DNA of 63,758 nt, filler included, from Klebsormidium nitens (taxonomy: Eukaryota > Plantae > Klebsormidiophyceae): NCBI GenBank assembly GCA_000708835.1. It is 6 parts of 6 records of this genome, joined end to end, with 100 filler letters (N's around TTAATTAATTAA, not from the genome) between each part and the next. Parts side by side here need not be neighbours in the genome. Positions count along the whole stretch, not along the records: positions 21,001 to 44,938 come from DF237865.1; positions 45,039 to 62,254 come from DF237969.1; 4 more parts are not named here. One strand, given 5' to 3'. The translations under genes were made by a program, and so were the position numbers. Under the pieces are notes generated by a model that saw nothing but the letters and a program-made list of their open reading frames with translations, ran no database searches and was not told where the DNA came from. Position 1 is the first letter of the stretch. Each line of letters opens with the position of its first letter. Positions 34,521-48,570 of this stretch are shown here, in pieces.

Positions 34521-36847
34521 ATGGAAAGGGAGCGGGCGTGGCTGGCCCGCTGCGCCCCCATCTTCATGCAGCCAGAGGTGGACGTCCGAAAGGGGAACGG
34601 GCTGGTCAAGCTCTTCTTCGAATTCCAACATGACGGCCAGGGGCGCCTGTGCTGTGACCTTGTTGTTGTCCTTGAGGTGACTTGAGTCCACCCTCAACGT
34701 TTCTATCATCAATCCTCCTTCTGAGAGTATCTCTTGAATTCATTGTTTACGTGAACATCTAGGGCAATCTCTGAGCGACTGGGGGATTTTAGCTCAGAAG
34801 TATCAAGGGATCTAAAGAAGAAACTCAAAAGGAACGTTTGAAGAGCTGAGATTGACGTTCGGAACTCTGCAGATGCAATTGGACGCTGTATTTGAAGTGT
34901 CCAAATGATTTGGAATTTTGGACTTCGCTTTGGTCCTCCAAAGTCTGTAGAGAACGATTGGCAACCAGCGTATGTTTTCCAGTGACCAGCAACTCGGAAT
35001 TCTTATAAGGGAGTCAGACATTGCCAACACTGCTTAGGGTGACCCCCAATGCTCTGTTAGTACTGCAGATCTTGAGACAGCTGTTCTGTTGCCGGCTGCT
35101 GGGACTGCATGACTCTATAGGAGGAAACCTTGAATACAGAAACATATTTGCGTGAGGACGAGAAATTGATACAGTGACATGAGGCAGAGATAGTTTTTTT
35201 GTTAGACGTTGTGTGACTGGTTCAAGACTCATGATGGAAGTTCTCCTGTCTGTTTTTTGCAGAGCGAGGAGAGCTACCCAAGATTCAATCTTGAAGCTCG
35301 CAACCCAATAGCAACGACCTTCTACCGGTCCTTCAACAAGCTCAAGTGAGCCCGGCGATCCAAGTTGTACACGAACTAATTCTCCTGTCTGACAAGTCAA
35401 TGTGCTGAAATCCTGGTGAAAATGGATAGTGAAAGGGCCTCACTAGACTCATCACCTGAATCTTCTCGTCAGCAGCTGAGGCTATCCGATGACACAGCTC
35501 GAGATAGCCTTCAGTTATCCTTTGCAGGTCGACATGAGCCTTTTGGAAGGAGACAAGTGGCAGTACTCGACAGGGACGTTTCTCTCCCGTTTATCAGAGG
35601 AGACAGTGCCTGTGGAAAGTATAGAGCTGCTTTGGAGTAGACTCATCGACTCGGCTTGGAGTTGTCCAACGATGAAATCAGAAACCGGGAAAATGAAGTA
35701 TCTAGGTAGCGCCTCAAAGGGTTACGTAATTCGGATCAAACATCAAAGAGAAGTGAGGTTTTAGTTCTTACCCCCAGGTTTGGCCGCACCGCAGACCTCA
35801 ACTACCTCACATTCAGGGGGGTAGATCTCCAGCCAGAGAGCCCCCTCCCGTGGGCCTCGATCTACAGCTTCGACCACAGTGGAGACCAGAGCCTGATGCA
35901 CGGCAACAAGGGAAGCTGCGGACCATGGTTCTCGCTTTTCTACCACTACAAGAAGGACGTGTCATATGGGGAGTGGCAAAGGAAAGGCGACCGGCCACTG
36001 GTTTACCTAAACACGCAGGTGGGTCGACGATGTTCATGTGTGAGCTTTTTCCTTGCGTTTGGGCCTTTTGGCATGACGAGATGAATGAAAGTAGCTCCTT
36101 GCCGAAGGGGTGAATATCGTAAAGTAAGCCGAGCCGCCGATTCTTTCCGGCCGCCTGGCTTTGAACGGGTTTAGGACGGGACTTGTAGACAGTTTCGAAA
36201 AGGAAGTTCGTTCCATTATCGTGATGTTAAAGTTGTTTCACAACGTACGAGGTAAGTGATCCGGTCCTAACCCGGTGCTTATGGGCGTCTCGACCTGAGT
36301 CGGCTTCTTGTCTTCAGAACCTTCAACCTGGAAGGTGTTGCACGAGCAGGGAAGAAAGGTCTGGGTTTCGTGTTCATCCCCTCTTCAGCCTCGCTGATCT
36401 CTTAGCCCTTTTCATTTACTTCTCGGCAATTCCAAACCTAGCCATGCGTGATTTCTGCAGAACCACATGATGGGCGAGGTTAATCGTAACCCGGATCTTC
36501 CACTGAAAGCGTGGGAGACGTACTTGCTCGGGGTGGGCTCCCAAGCGACCGCAGAGGCGTACGCCAGGCACCACGTGACCACCAAACCCCTCCTTTGGGC
36601 GCCGTTAACCCGGTGCTTAACCCCAAAAAACTTGGTGCTCGACGAGCGAGGAGAGCCGTGTAAGCGTCCCTGCTGCGCGGGGCAGCCTCCGGACGGTTTC
36701 CGGACGGTTTGGCAGACCGAGTTGGTTATGGACGTGCCTTTCGGGGCGAAATCGCCCGGCGGGGTTGCACGTGATGGGATTCTCGACAACGAACGGGGTA
36801 ACGGGATGAGGGGAGAAGGTCTGGGGTGGTTGAGAGAGAGGCGCTAA
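34521..36847 (+). CDS. Uncharacterised protein (~290 aa), 4 exons
   Basis: Exons 34521-34676, 35263-35345, 35778-36018 and 36461-36847 all have GT-AG sites with matching phases and give a stop-free, protein-like sequence. Family not recognised; the start is uncertain. Confidence 0.65.
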
Positions 36848-37887
36848 CGGAGAAGGTAACTAGAGTTGAAGGAAGCTCTGTCGGGGTTGGGAATCACCAA
36901 CTCGAAGCAAGGAGGAAGGGAAAGAGATTAGTTTGGCACGGGGGCTGGTGTTGAGCGAGTTGAGACAGTAGGATATATAGCGGACGGAAATGGGCGCACG
37001 AATGCAAAACCATCCAAGATTGTCTCTGAAATGGTTGTTTGGTAGTCGAGAACCGGACTGAGCGCCACGTCCTTGATCGAGCGCAGCACGAAAGAGAGCC
37101 GCTTGCCGGCTTAGCGTGGACACTTACATGAGCACGGATCAATAGCAGAAAGACTCGGCATAAGTTATTGGACTAGGTTAACGCTCTTAAGTCAATTGGC
37201 TCGAAACAACATGTTATTTTTATTTGACGTTTCAAATCGAGCAGACTCTATGTCGTGACTCGTTCCACCGTCCACGGTGTTGGCTGAACATACTCTTGAA
37301 CCATCTGCTAAGTTGGTGCGCGCGTCATGCAAGGACGTGCATGTGGAAAATTGTTTCGCTTAATCCGTGCGCTGCCGAAATTTCTATATAGGATCGATCG
37401 CTTTGGCGGCTGGCATGTGCATGATACCTGCATGGAGACGCGTGCACAATTGTATAACAGCTAGGGGCCCGGGGCCCTGAGTTGCTGGGATGCTGAGTCC
37501 TGATCTTCAAACGTATCATGCATGCATGGCTGCAAGGGAGCATGGGCCACAAATCATGACGGCAGATCACAAATATAAAGTCATATATTCAGCTAGCAAA
37601 GGTCGCGGCCCATCATTCAGCGTGTGTATCCGAACTCATGCACTCCCTTTTGTTGAATACCAAGACGCATGCAGCCAGATTGATGCAACTCGAAACGATG
37701 AGCAGGGTAGCGAAGACTTGACCCAGACTTGACTCCACGACTCTCTGCGTCTCGTTGTTAAAAGCCAAGCGCCAGCACTTGGCCATGAGGCTTTTATCTT
37801 AATCTGCTCGAATCTGCCAAGAAACGTATCTACTTCGAATCATGCGCTATGATACGATTGACTGTTGGAAACTCAACGGTCAAGCGG

Positions 37888-40480
37888 TCAGGACGAAGCT
37901 CCTCCCGTGGGCGTGAAGCTGTCTAGGAGCGCTCTGAATGGAGATATCGTCCACTTTTCATCATGCAGCACGATGAGCCCGTCGTCGTCCATAGTGTACG
38001 TGGTCGAACCTGCAGGTTTGAGGATAAATCACGATTGGTCACGATTGGTCTGAAAACCGGATGGCCCATGGAAAGTCAGAAAGTTTAGAGTCTCTGAAAG
38101 GAGAATGGCACACAGACTGAAAGACCAGCATCGAGACTCGATGGTTTCTTGAAAAACCTTTTCAGACAAAATCTCGCGTTGACTTTTAGGAGGGTACTGA
38201 TTTGGCAGAAGCGATGCAAGAAGAAGGCGGCCTCAGATATGCTGCTTCGCAACGCCCCGTCTTTGCGCGGCTGCCACACCGCCGGATCGACGGAGTTTGA
38301 AGAACCAGAGTCTTTATGAGCACCTTCGATCCCCAGGGTTAAAACAAAATTTGTCACTTCTGGAAACCAATAACATCGATCTGGTTGCCAGTGGCCGGGG
38401 ATCCAAATCGAGTTTTTCTAGTCCATCGGATGAAGATAAGGAGAAGTCCAGCATGCAAAGACACGACAGGAATGATGGATAATAGACGTTAAGCTTGCCA
38501 TGGTTTGCTCACCCGACGTGCCAACTTTTGGCTTCCAGGGAAACTTGAGGTAGCCCTGTAGATCCCAGGTGGTTTCGACGGTCTTCGGACTAGTTACTCT
38601 GATCGATTTCAATTCTAAAGTCGAGAGTTTGGGGTCGAAGAGAAGCGCAACCGCCTGGAGGTACTTGTCAACGCCCGTTGTGTCATTGGTAGGGTCTTTG
38701 AACCTGAAGAAAAACGGGAAGCCCAACTTTACGTTGCAAAATTCGAACCGGATTTTGCGGTCAACTAAGACGAGCACGTGTAGGATGATTTCTGTTCCCG
38801 AAGCTGCTCGAAAGCGTGGCTCTGTCTTGCTAGACAGAGATATTTCCTGCGGACCCACGGATCGCCTTTTATGAAGAAGCATGCATAGAATTTAACGGAG
38901 TCGGAGGGACCATGAGGTCGAGAGCGATTTCAAGAGGTTGTGGCTGCTTCAGATAATCGAGCGGATGTTGACATCCTGCAACAAAGAACTTTCGCACAGT
39001 AGAACGAAAACGCATGGGAAACAATCGCCCCTGATTATGGGAAGGCCACTGGGGTCCACGTGTGGCACCCAAGAACATCATTCGTCCTTCATCTGTTGGA
39101 GATCAGACCGCTCAAAGACGCACGGCAGAATGTCGATTGAAGTGCAAGTGCTGGGTTGAAAGGGGGGAGTCAAAACCTCAAATTGGTCACCTGCAGTTGT
39201 CATTGTAGATCTGCCGCGTGAGGTCCCCGGTCACAAAGTACTGGCCGACAAGCATGTCCCGCTCAATGATATCCTGCAAACACATTTGACAGCCACAGGA
39301 AGTGTTGGCCGCTAACCAGGTTGGTTATAAGACTGGAGCTCAGGCATTTGGACAGATAACCGGGCTTTAAACTTGTTCGGGGCTGGTAATACCGCCTGAT
39401 CCTGGTAGGACATTGAACCAGATTGTAACCAGCTCATAAGCAGCCCGTAACCACCCATGATTAAGGGCCCAAATCTCCTGTGAGCCCCAACTACCGGTAA
39501 GATACGTGTACTAAAGCGATGATTCTCAATGCAGTAGCAATGTCTCAGGTCAGCAGCCTTTAGCCTTTTGCCTGGCTGAAATCGGGGGGTCTGCAGTGAT
39601 TCCAAAGCTCCAAAAGTGCACACTCGGAACTCTTCGTCACAGATATGCAGGTTCGGACCACCATCTCGAGTAAAGAACCTGGTGAAGCATCCAACACTAG
39701 ACTTGGTGAAGACATGGTTGTTCTAATTGCCAAGAACACTGGCTCTGGTCTAGAAAGAGGGTTGTTACAATTAAACTCAATTATTTCGCAGCAGATCTTG
39801 CCGTTGACCCTTGGGGAAAAAGAGCGACTAACCGAAAGCCCGCAAGACTCGCCTGGGAGAAGGGCTCCTCATACTCAACTAACCAGACATTGTCATCAGT
39901 GCGACTTGCCTTGTGGCTTTGACCAGGATATGGTTTGGGACACTCTCAAAAGGCCTTCTACTGAATGCTACTTTCCCATGAAAACAGCGGCAGCACTTCT
40001 TGATGTGCCCACCTTGATCTCTTCAATTGACAGGTTTGTACGCTTCTCATCTGTGGCTGCCGTGGCGCCTTTCGCGCAGCTAATGCAGATTGCCAATGCA
40101 GCCAACCCTGACAGCATTGAGCGCTTAGTTACATATGAAGGAGACGTGTCTGCAAGCGGCTGAGGCACAGTAGCAACCGTCTCGTGCGCTCCTTTGGAAG
40201 AGGCTTTGATTACTGACCGCTGCCTCGTCCTCTGTTTGTAAGACTGATACACGAAGCACGCCAGACTCAGAATGCAGTCCCGATTTGGTCCTAAACTTCT
40301 CTGTTGTCTAAGGAAGGGTTGATTGGGTGTTGACCGCAGACAGTGCGCTGCGGAAGCCTGTTCCTTGCACCCGGTGGTTCCTACATTCGTGAAAGCGGTG
40401 CTGCCACAGCGCAGATGATTGGCAGCTATGGTAGCTGAGGAGGAGCCCGTTGACGACCACAGCTGCATTGCTGGCGCCAT
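37888..40480 (-). CDS. DUF2358 / SnoaL (NTF2-like) family protein with a plastid/thylakoid-type presequence
   Basis: Spliced IEEIK^DIIERDMLVGQYFVTGDLTRQIYNDNC^RFKDPT...LKFPWKPK...^GSTTYTMDDDGLIVLHDEKWTISPFRAL. The long Ser/Ala-rich N-terminus has a KRSMLSGLAALA-type segment. Confidence 0.85.
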
Positions 40481-41423
40481 TGCGGAATTTTTACGGAATC
40501 AGCAACTCAGCAGAGCAACACGGTACAGATTTTGATTTGGAACGAAGTGGAGAAAATATCCCAAAAGTTCCCAAATGAGGAGCAAACCCTAATAAAGCTG
40601 TACCAGAAAGCCGCGAAGCCCAGAAATGTGGCAAGCGAACTTGAAGGTAACACTCATAGCACCACTGCAGCAGCGTTACCAAACAACGCCACCTGGAGGG
40701 TCTGCTGCAGATGCAATTTGCCAAAAGAGGAATGCTGGAATGCTGGAAGCTGGAATGCTGGAATGCTAGTAGTAGTACTATTGCTAGTTCTGTCAATCAC
40801 TAGCCATGCAGGCGCAACATTTGTGGGGCGCAGGGAGGATTATTGAGTCAGGACCAGGCCCTACACAGGGCTGAATCGCGAGGTTGCTTCTGGCAAAGGA
40901 TCAGTCGGTGGAAGGGAAGGACAATAAGCCCCCATCTCATGAACAGCATGCGCTACCGTACTGAGCTGAAATGCTGATTCCTTCTTGATCTCACCGCTGT
41001 GTCCACGCAATTTGTGTAAAAAAAGCATTGGCAGGTCTTATCGAGAGCAAGATAAGTAGTGGTTGTCCTGGCGATTATTGCGTTGTTGAAGTCGTGAGAG
41101 CGTCAGAGTAGGCTAAAATCTTTGACGAATGCAGGTTGCAACGGGGATTTGCACTGCCTTCACCAGTACAGCGCGCGCCAGGCCGAAAGGCAAAAGTCTA
41201 CAAATGCACGCTCAGTGCTTGATGACAGGTGGTGGTTCACTGAGTAGAAACCACTAAAAAGTACCAGTGATCAGGAGACTCCAGTGATCAGGAGACTATG
41301 TAACTGTGCGCTTTCAGGACACTTCTTGTCAAGGAGAATAGTGCCAGCTCCTGTAAGACTGTACTTCAGCCCTGTTCCATCCTGACCTATCTGCTTTTAG
41401 ATAAAGCTCGAGAATGCAGTGCG

Positions 41424-42606
41424 ATGAATGTTGAGCTGTACATACCACCGAAGAAGGGCTCTCTAGACCCTGTTATCAGTGAAATAGCGGCCCTGGAAAA
41501 GCGCATCTTCCCAAAGCATGAGTCTATGTCCTCATATCTCAAGGAGGAAGTCAACCGGAGAGGGACCACTCTGATGTTCGTGAGAGCGAAGCAGAGCCAT
41601 TCAAATCTGGAACCTCCGGATGTAACCAAAGCTGGGGAAAGCGAACCACTCCCCCCAGTGGTCGGGTACATCATATTCACTGCCAGTTCACTGGTGGGTA
41701 ATATCACCAAGCTAGCAGGTGAGCTATCTGAGAGTAGCGAATATTCTGATGATAAGAAGTATCAATGAAGCCATTCCGTTTTGAGGCCCAGTTCTGAGTG
41801 CATCCTTTGCCTGAAAGATTTGAGTGTGACAGCTTTGTAGGGGAGGCAGTTTCGCCACGAAAACTTTTCTTATGTAAAAGCGTGACTTGGCTGAAGGTCT
41901 CTTCACATTCCTGCCGGTTCAGCACTTCTATCAGAGAGCAGGAGGGGCTGGAAGAGGTTCAACCTTGTGTCTGCATCTTTAAGCGTCCTATGGTTATGAA
42001 GGTCGTTTACGAATATTGTCCCTCCTCAATACCTTCGCTTAAACATCGTAGATCCTGCTGTGCATGGGGCAAAGATTGAGACCTAAAGTCACATCTGAAA
42101 ACTCTAGGATCCTCCTTTTGATGCCAAGCAGGCTGTTCTCGATTTTGGCAAGAGGCAAGGCTCTCAGCAACTTCTGACACCTAAGCTGCGTAGGGACCTT
42201 TAGCTGGTGCTTCTTTGCGGCCAGCAGGCTGTTGACTCGCTAAGAAATACTCAAGGGAGAATGGACGCCTTCGAGAAGTCGAATGAAGGTTGACGCCGTT
42301 CGTTGATGGTCTTGTTTGTACATTCATAATGTACAACGTATGTTTTCAAGAAAGTCACAAGTCGTCTTTCTACTTGATGCAGTCCACGAAGCATACCGAC
42401 AGCAAGGGTATGCATCTGCTCTTATCGAAGCTGTAGTCAAGCGCTTGAAGGGTCGCCGAATAGCAAGCGTTGCACTCCATGTCGATCCATCTCGAACCGC
42501 TGCATTCCAGCTCTACAAAAAACTTGGCTTCTCGGTAGAGTCGCGGCATGAGTCATACTATGCGCCTGATCGGCACGCTGTGAGGATGCTTCTTGAGATT
42601 GATTGA
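41424..42606 (+). CDS. GNAT-family N-acetyltransferase (RimI-like; resembles Arabidopsis AT1G03650), 2 exons
   Basis: Exons 41424-41718 and 42383-42606. Motifs LEKRIFPKHES, ITKLAV...YRQQGYA, LHVDPSRTAAFQLYKKLGF, YYAPDR. Confidence 0.9.
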
Positions 42607-42856
42607 CCAGGGCGGGTCAAATTGCTGCGTAAAGCGTCACAGCTCATTGACGTCTAATCTTGTCAATTTTTGGTGGGCCAAAAGACATGGCTGATATCCT
42701 GCTTGCTTGCTTGAGATCGAACAAGATGTGCCAGCACGCCTAATTAAAGACCAAGTCGTTGATGAAGGGATTCAAATGATGCATGTATACAATTCATGCT
42801 TCAATGGTGCCAGATCTGGCAGAGGCATCATCTGACATCTGACATTTGATGCCGAC

Positions 42857-44938
42857 ATGCTTTTGCCCTCCTCTTACCGCCCCATCTCACTGACTTCTGC
42901 CGTCTCCAAAATTTTCGAGAAGGTTATGCTCACACGTCTAGACTGTTATGCAGATGAAACCGAACTGTTCCCTGACGAACAAGCCGGTTTTCGGAAAGGT
43001 CGTTCTCCCTTAGAACAAGCCTATATCCTTCGCGAAATCCTTGACGCCCGAAAGCAATTGAAACAAGCCACGACGTTTTTATGCTTCATCGATCTGGAAT
43101 CTGCCTTCCCGTCTTCTTGGCGAGAGGGAATGTGGAGACGACTTCACGAAGCCAATGTCAACGGTAAAATGTTCCGTATAATCAAGTCGCTTTATGTTGA
43201 CTGCTCCTCGGCTCTGCTTACTGACTCCGGTTTGTCAGACTGGTTCCCTGTTGAAGGTGGCACTCGTCAAGGTGCTGTGTTATCACCCTTCCTTTTCTCG
43301 CTTCTTATTTCCCCCCTCGTAGATGCATTGCAGTCAGTAAACATGGGGATCGATTTCTTTGGAATCCGCATCGGTTGTCTTCTCTTTGCTGATGACATTG
43401 TTTTGATTGCTGACTCGGAACTGCACCTGCAGGCGATGATGGATGTTGCTACACAGTACTTTAGTAGATGGCGGTTTACAGTTTCTGCCACCAAATCTAA
43501 AGTTGTAAGCCTTGGCCACTGCGAAACTCGGACGTTAAAAGATCGCTCTTGGAACTTAGGCAGTCGCACAATCAAGGATGTTGTCTCTTACACGTATCTT
43601 GGGATTGAATTCGACAAATCCGGCAATTGGCTAAATGCAATCCGAAAGAACATAGAAAAGTGCCGCCATAGCATGGGTCACCTGTACTCGTTTACTGATA
43701 ATCCTGATCAAGGACTCACTGTTGGACATTTGTCCACTCTGTGGGGTCTTTTTGCACGGTCTCGCCTTCTCTATGGATCCGAAATCTGGTCGGCCCCTAG
43801 TGCATCTGCGCTCGAGTCCTTGGAGGTAGCACAGACCTCTGCAGGACGTCAGATCCTTGGCAAGGCGGGTGATTCTAACATCATCCGTGAAGCTGTGTCT
43901 GGCGATCTTGGATGCTTGTCTGTTCGATCGCACCTGCGCCTTGCCAAACTCCGCTTTCTTGTTCGGCTTCTTCGCCTCCCCGATGATCGCCTTGCTAAAC
44001 GAGTTTTCGTTCTTGCAGTCGCACAGTCGGATGCCTCATGTACCTCACTTTTCCCCCCAACCTCTACTCCGTCTTGTTGGTGCAAAGAAGCTTACGAAAC
44101 CCTTGTCGAATTGGGGTTAGAATCCTGGTGGACTTCCGGCCTCCCTCCTCCTTTGCTTCAGTCCGATTATGCTTTGAAACGCGAATGCAATCGACGAGTC
44201 TCTGAATTAGACAACGAGGAATGGTTGCAGGCTCTCCACGAACCCCCTGTCCCGCAATCTGGTCTTTCCGCGCGTGAACATTATCTTCGATCAAAGACGT
44301 GCAAATCCGTTGAACGTTACCTATTCTGTGATGATCGTAAATCAGCTCTGATCAAGTTCTATTCGCGCTCTCGTTGCTTCGGTCTCAACGCTCGTACCCA
44401 ACACGGTGCGGCAGACGCGGCGACATCGGCCCGGAAAGCCTGTTCCCTGTGCAATTTTAGCATCATTGAAGACGAAGAACACTTTTTGCTTGTCTGCCCT
44501 GAGTATGCATTATCACGTCGGTTGATGTGGTTGAACATTGAGGCTGCACTTGAGCATTCCGTCTGGGCACAACTGGCCCTTTCTCCCCCGCGCTTACAGT
44601 TAGATTATTTGCTTGGTCGTTGCGAAACCGCCTGGCCTGACGAAACTGGCGCTTTACTTGATTCACTTGTTCGCACGTTTCTTCTCAGGGCTGCCTCTGT
44701 GCGCAAGTCTCGCATGAAACAGGCTCCTCCATAATCAGCCGCTCGCTCGTTCAAGCTTCTGATTGCGTCGCTAACATTTTCCCTATCTTTTCAGGATCTG
44801 TGACTTAGGTTCGTATGCACCTGCATCATACCGGACCAGGCCCATTGAGTGAACAGCGACCCCCGGCAATCTCGTCCCAGCCCTAGCATATGCCTTTGCT
44901 CGGAGCGTGAAAGAGCGGCACTTTCACTCCGATTTAGA
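42857..44938 (+). mobile_element. 5'-truncated non-LTR retrotransposon (RT + C-terminal zinc finger, 3' UTR stem-loop)
   Basis: ORF 42857-44734: YRPISLTS, EQAGFR, FIDLESAF, QGAVLSPFLF, FADD, YLG, CSLC...EHFLLVC. It starts at RT domain 0/1 with no endonuclease. The 3' end runs into a gap. Confidence 0.93.
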
Positions 44939-45931
44939 NNNNNNNNNNNNNNNNNNNNNNNNNNNNNNNNNNNNNNNNNNNNTTAATTAATTAANNNNNN
45001 NNNNNNNNNNNNNNNNNNNNNNNNNNNNNNNNNNNNNNCCTTTTTAGCGAGTGGTTTTCGTATGCTGCAACTTTGACAACATGACATTCTGTCATGGTCT
45101 ACCGTATATGTCTCGACGCGAATTCCGAGTCAGATCCAGATTCGAGGACCTCGAAAGGCCGGCGGGGCAAGTTAATTTGATCTGAGGAAATGATTTAGAC
45201 TCAACGGACGATCATGGCGCCTAGAAAAGGCGCATCGTGGCCGTCCCAACATTTCTGAATCAAATATATAAGGAATATGGCATCTCGTCGGAAGTATGTT
45301 TGCATGGAAAAACTAGGCTAGTATAGCAACCAGACATTCATCATGGCATGCCGCGCTGCAGAAACTTGAAAAGCATGCAGTGCAAAACCTATGTAGAGCT
45401 TTTTTTCGAGAAATTATAATGCCTGTTTTTGTAGAATAATAGCATGGCATTTTTGGACCGTATTGACGATCAAGAACCTTGGCTCATATTCTGGGCTTGC
45501 ATGGGCGGCCGGCCGGGCCCGGCCAATTCGGAACTTTCAACCTTTAAAAATGCCCGCCGGGTTAAATTTTTAATTTGAGCTAGGGCGAAGCTCGTGCATG
45601 ATCAATGATCGGATCGACTCTGCGGAGTCCCAAGCATTCGTTAATCAAGTCCAACCTATATCGATTATTCAAACTTATGACTAGCTTGTGACAGCCAGCG
45701 ACTAACAATGGTATGCGATGATTGGAGCGTTCAAGAAGTTTATACTATGTTGGACCTTGACATGAATGGATGCAGACGTGTCCAACACAATCGAATGGTC
45801 ACACATGGTCGCCCCCATCCACCTCATTTGCAGGCATAGGCTGATGGATACGTCTACCGCTATCAATATGTCATCATATGTAACTTCTATCTACAATCGA
45901 TCCGGCCCCGAAACTGCGATGCCATGATGTC

Positions 45932-48346
45932 CTAATCTGGGCCTCCAACCGGTGGTTCTTCCGATGGGAAGTCTTCTGGTGTGTCCTTTGAAGAGCTACT
46001 CCGAAAGACGTCCTTCACGGCTGTCGCTGCCGTCAGATAGTTCAGTGTGTTCCTGAGCGTCGACTGCTCTCGCTTTAACCGCTCCGTCGTGTCTGTCAGC
46101 TCCAAAAGCGCTTGCTGCTCGGCAGGGGCGCCTTCGAACGTACTTGCAACCCAGAAACTAAAGGGCGTAGGGAAGGCTTGCTTTCGCAGGTCATCCCCCT
46201 CTTTGTCCTTTTTGTTCTGCTTACCGCTCACCTGCAAGAACGACAAAGCAGGCGGTTGTCAAATCCGGTTGTCAAATCAAAACTCACTGATATCGGCCAT
46301 GGTACAGTAGATTGAAACCTACTGCTGACCTTCAACTTTTGAACCGTCATCAACTTCTGAAAGTATAGACGTCAGTATCTCGCCCAGTAGCCGGTAAAAC
46401 GAGACGCCCAACGTCCAGGCCAATGAACAAAGTCCACATCACCTTCGGCAATTAGGACTCGCCCACAGGCAGAAGCAGTAATCCCCAAGCTTCAATCCAA
46501 CTTTTGCTAATATATGATTCAGCAGAAGTGCGGCGGCGTGTGCAGAGACCTTGTTGCTGAGTCGAATGACGTCCTTCATGAGCCCCTCCACCTCGCGCGC
46601 CAGCGTCTCTGCATCCTCCCCCGGGGCAGGCTCCGCGGACGGCCGGTCCTCCAGCCACTCCACCTGCACCAACCAGCAGCTGCCGCTGTCGAGGGCGTGA
46701 CACGTGCACATGCTCCAAGTGCTGGGCGCTATCACACGAACTTCGCATATTCCTGCAAGTTGTGCCTAAAGCCAGAAAGCAATTGTTGGAAGCAATCCAA
46801 AAACACTACATCTCGCTTTTTATAGCACCTAGACCTGCCAACAGCTTTTGGCTCCTCATCTTCTGCTGCAACCCAAGGAAAAGAGTTTTCTTCGGCAGCC
46901 ACCCCATGTCCGGGGGAGTGCGCGGTGGCAGCTGCGGGTGGGGCGCGCGCGGAGGCTCACCCGTGCGACGAGGTAGGGCTTGGTGCGCACGATCTCGTGC
47001 ACGCGGAAGCGCTGCTGGCCCTTGCACACGAGAGTGAAGCGGTCCTCGGGATGCTTCTCGTGCTTCAGCACCTCCGCCACGCACCCAATGGCCGCAGCAG
47101 TGCCCGTCACCTCATTTGCGTACACAACCCCAAACCTGGCGACACCAGAGACAAAGCACTTAGCTTGAGAGGTCAGGAGGGGCAGGACCAGTGGGGAGCA
47201 GATTGAGAAAGATCTTTACAAAGTTTATGCAACATTTAACCAAGGGGTTGTCAAATGAACGGACTAGCTCAACAAGTGCTTAGTCCCGATTGAACCGTCC
47301 TGATCACTTTCCTTGTTTACTTGATCACAAGCTGCAGCTGGAGCGGGCTTTCAAGACTGATGGGCCGCCAACCAGGTGAAGCGAGTGAGTAGGGAGATAG
47401 CTTTTGAAAGAAGCCCCTTTCGTCACCACTTCAAAACCCTTTCTTCAGCATAAATCTTGACAAATCTGTCAACAGAGCCTTAACCCACGAACAAGTCCGA
47501 GCTGCACAAGTGGGCAGGGGGTTGCCCTGCACGCCCCATCCCCCCATACACCAGGTCGGGGGGGGGTTTCGACCCTCACCGGAGGTCCGTCTGCAGGAGC
47601 GTGTGCGTCATGATCCTGTAGCGGTACTCAAAGATCTTGAGGGGCAGCACCTGCCCAGGGAACAACACCTGCACGAGACCCACACCGCATATCTCAAAAC
47701 CTTTGATCAAAGGGGTCATGCCCTGCAGCATGACCATGTGCTAGAATCAGATTGCGAGTGCTTCACACACGTCGGCCCTCCTTTGGTGCTAACATGTATC
47801 CGGCAAACTTGGTTAACTCCAGCGTCTTGGAACGAAGTGGGAGCTTCTGGGCACCACCTTCAATCGTTCTGAGGTTCTCACAGAACAACAACATGGTGGC
47901 CAGCGCTGCGTGGCTACGGATGTCCCGCTGCAGCGTACCAGGGGCAGCGGGAAGAGGGGCAGCTCCACCAGGTCCCGCGGGCGAGCAAACGGGAAGCGCA
48001 CCCCGCTCGACTCCGAGCTAGCATCCGCGCGCACCCTGCGCCCATGCCGCCTGTGCCGCATGCTGCCAGGCACAGGGCCAGGTTGCAGGGGCAACCCGGG
48101 TGCTAAGAAACAACTCTTTTTGAGAGGCCCTGTCGTCTGCATGCTGGTCCGTCCTGACGATGACGCTGCCGGATGCGCAGTCTGAGGCCATTGTTCACGG
48201 AAAGAGGATGGGGCCTGAGAGAGGTGGGAAGACAAGCTCCGGAGATCGCAAGAGCTTCCGCCCCCACTTCCACCACACAGGGCAGCATTGCCAAAGAAGT
48301 TTTGCCCCTGGGCCCCCAATGCTGCAGCCGTGCTCATGGCAGCCAT
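45932..48346 (-). CDS. LON peptidase N-terminal (substrate-binding, PUA-like) domain protein, plastid-targeted, 5 exons
   Basis: ELPLFPLPL^VLFPGQVLPLKIFEYRYRIM...^RFGVVY...KGQQRFRV...KPYLVAR^VEWLEDRP...^FPTPFSFWVASTFEGAPAEQQALLEL. The N-terminus looks like a transit peptide. No ATPase or protease domain. Confidence 0.9.
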
Positions 48347-48570
48347 GGCCGCCCCAGCGCCTGCCAGTGCTGCCTGCTTGCGCTCGACTCGTCCCTGCGC
48401 TTTATGCTACGTTGATCTGGGCTCAAGCCTCAGACTCAGAGTCAGAGCTTTGCATACGTGTGTCCCTGCTGAAACCTGAAAGGCCTGCGGGCTGCAATTC
48501 TCCAGCTTTAGGGTTTTCCATAATAACCACTCAAAGCTCCACATCGCGGATCTGGATCGCAGGACTGCGG

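Noticed and set aside
33310-36789. Series of - strand ORFs suggesting a gene on the - strand
   Set aside because: Splice phases and protein-like composition support the + strand model (34521-36847) instead. The - ORF at 32055-32363 is likewise antisense to an ABITRAM exon.
40729-40767. (GGAATGCT)x5 minisatellite, and a 17-bp tandem duplication at ~41264-41297
   Set aside because: Ordinary local slippage repeats in intergenic or UTR DNA, with no link to the elements.
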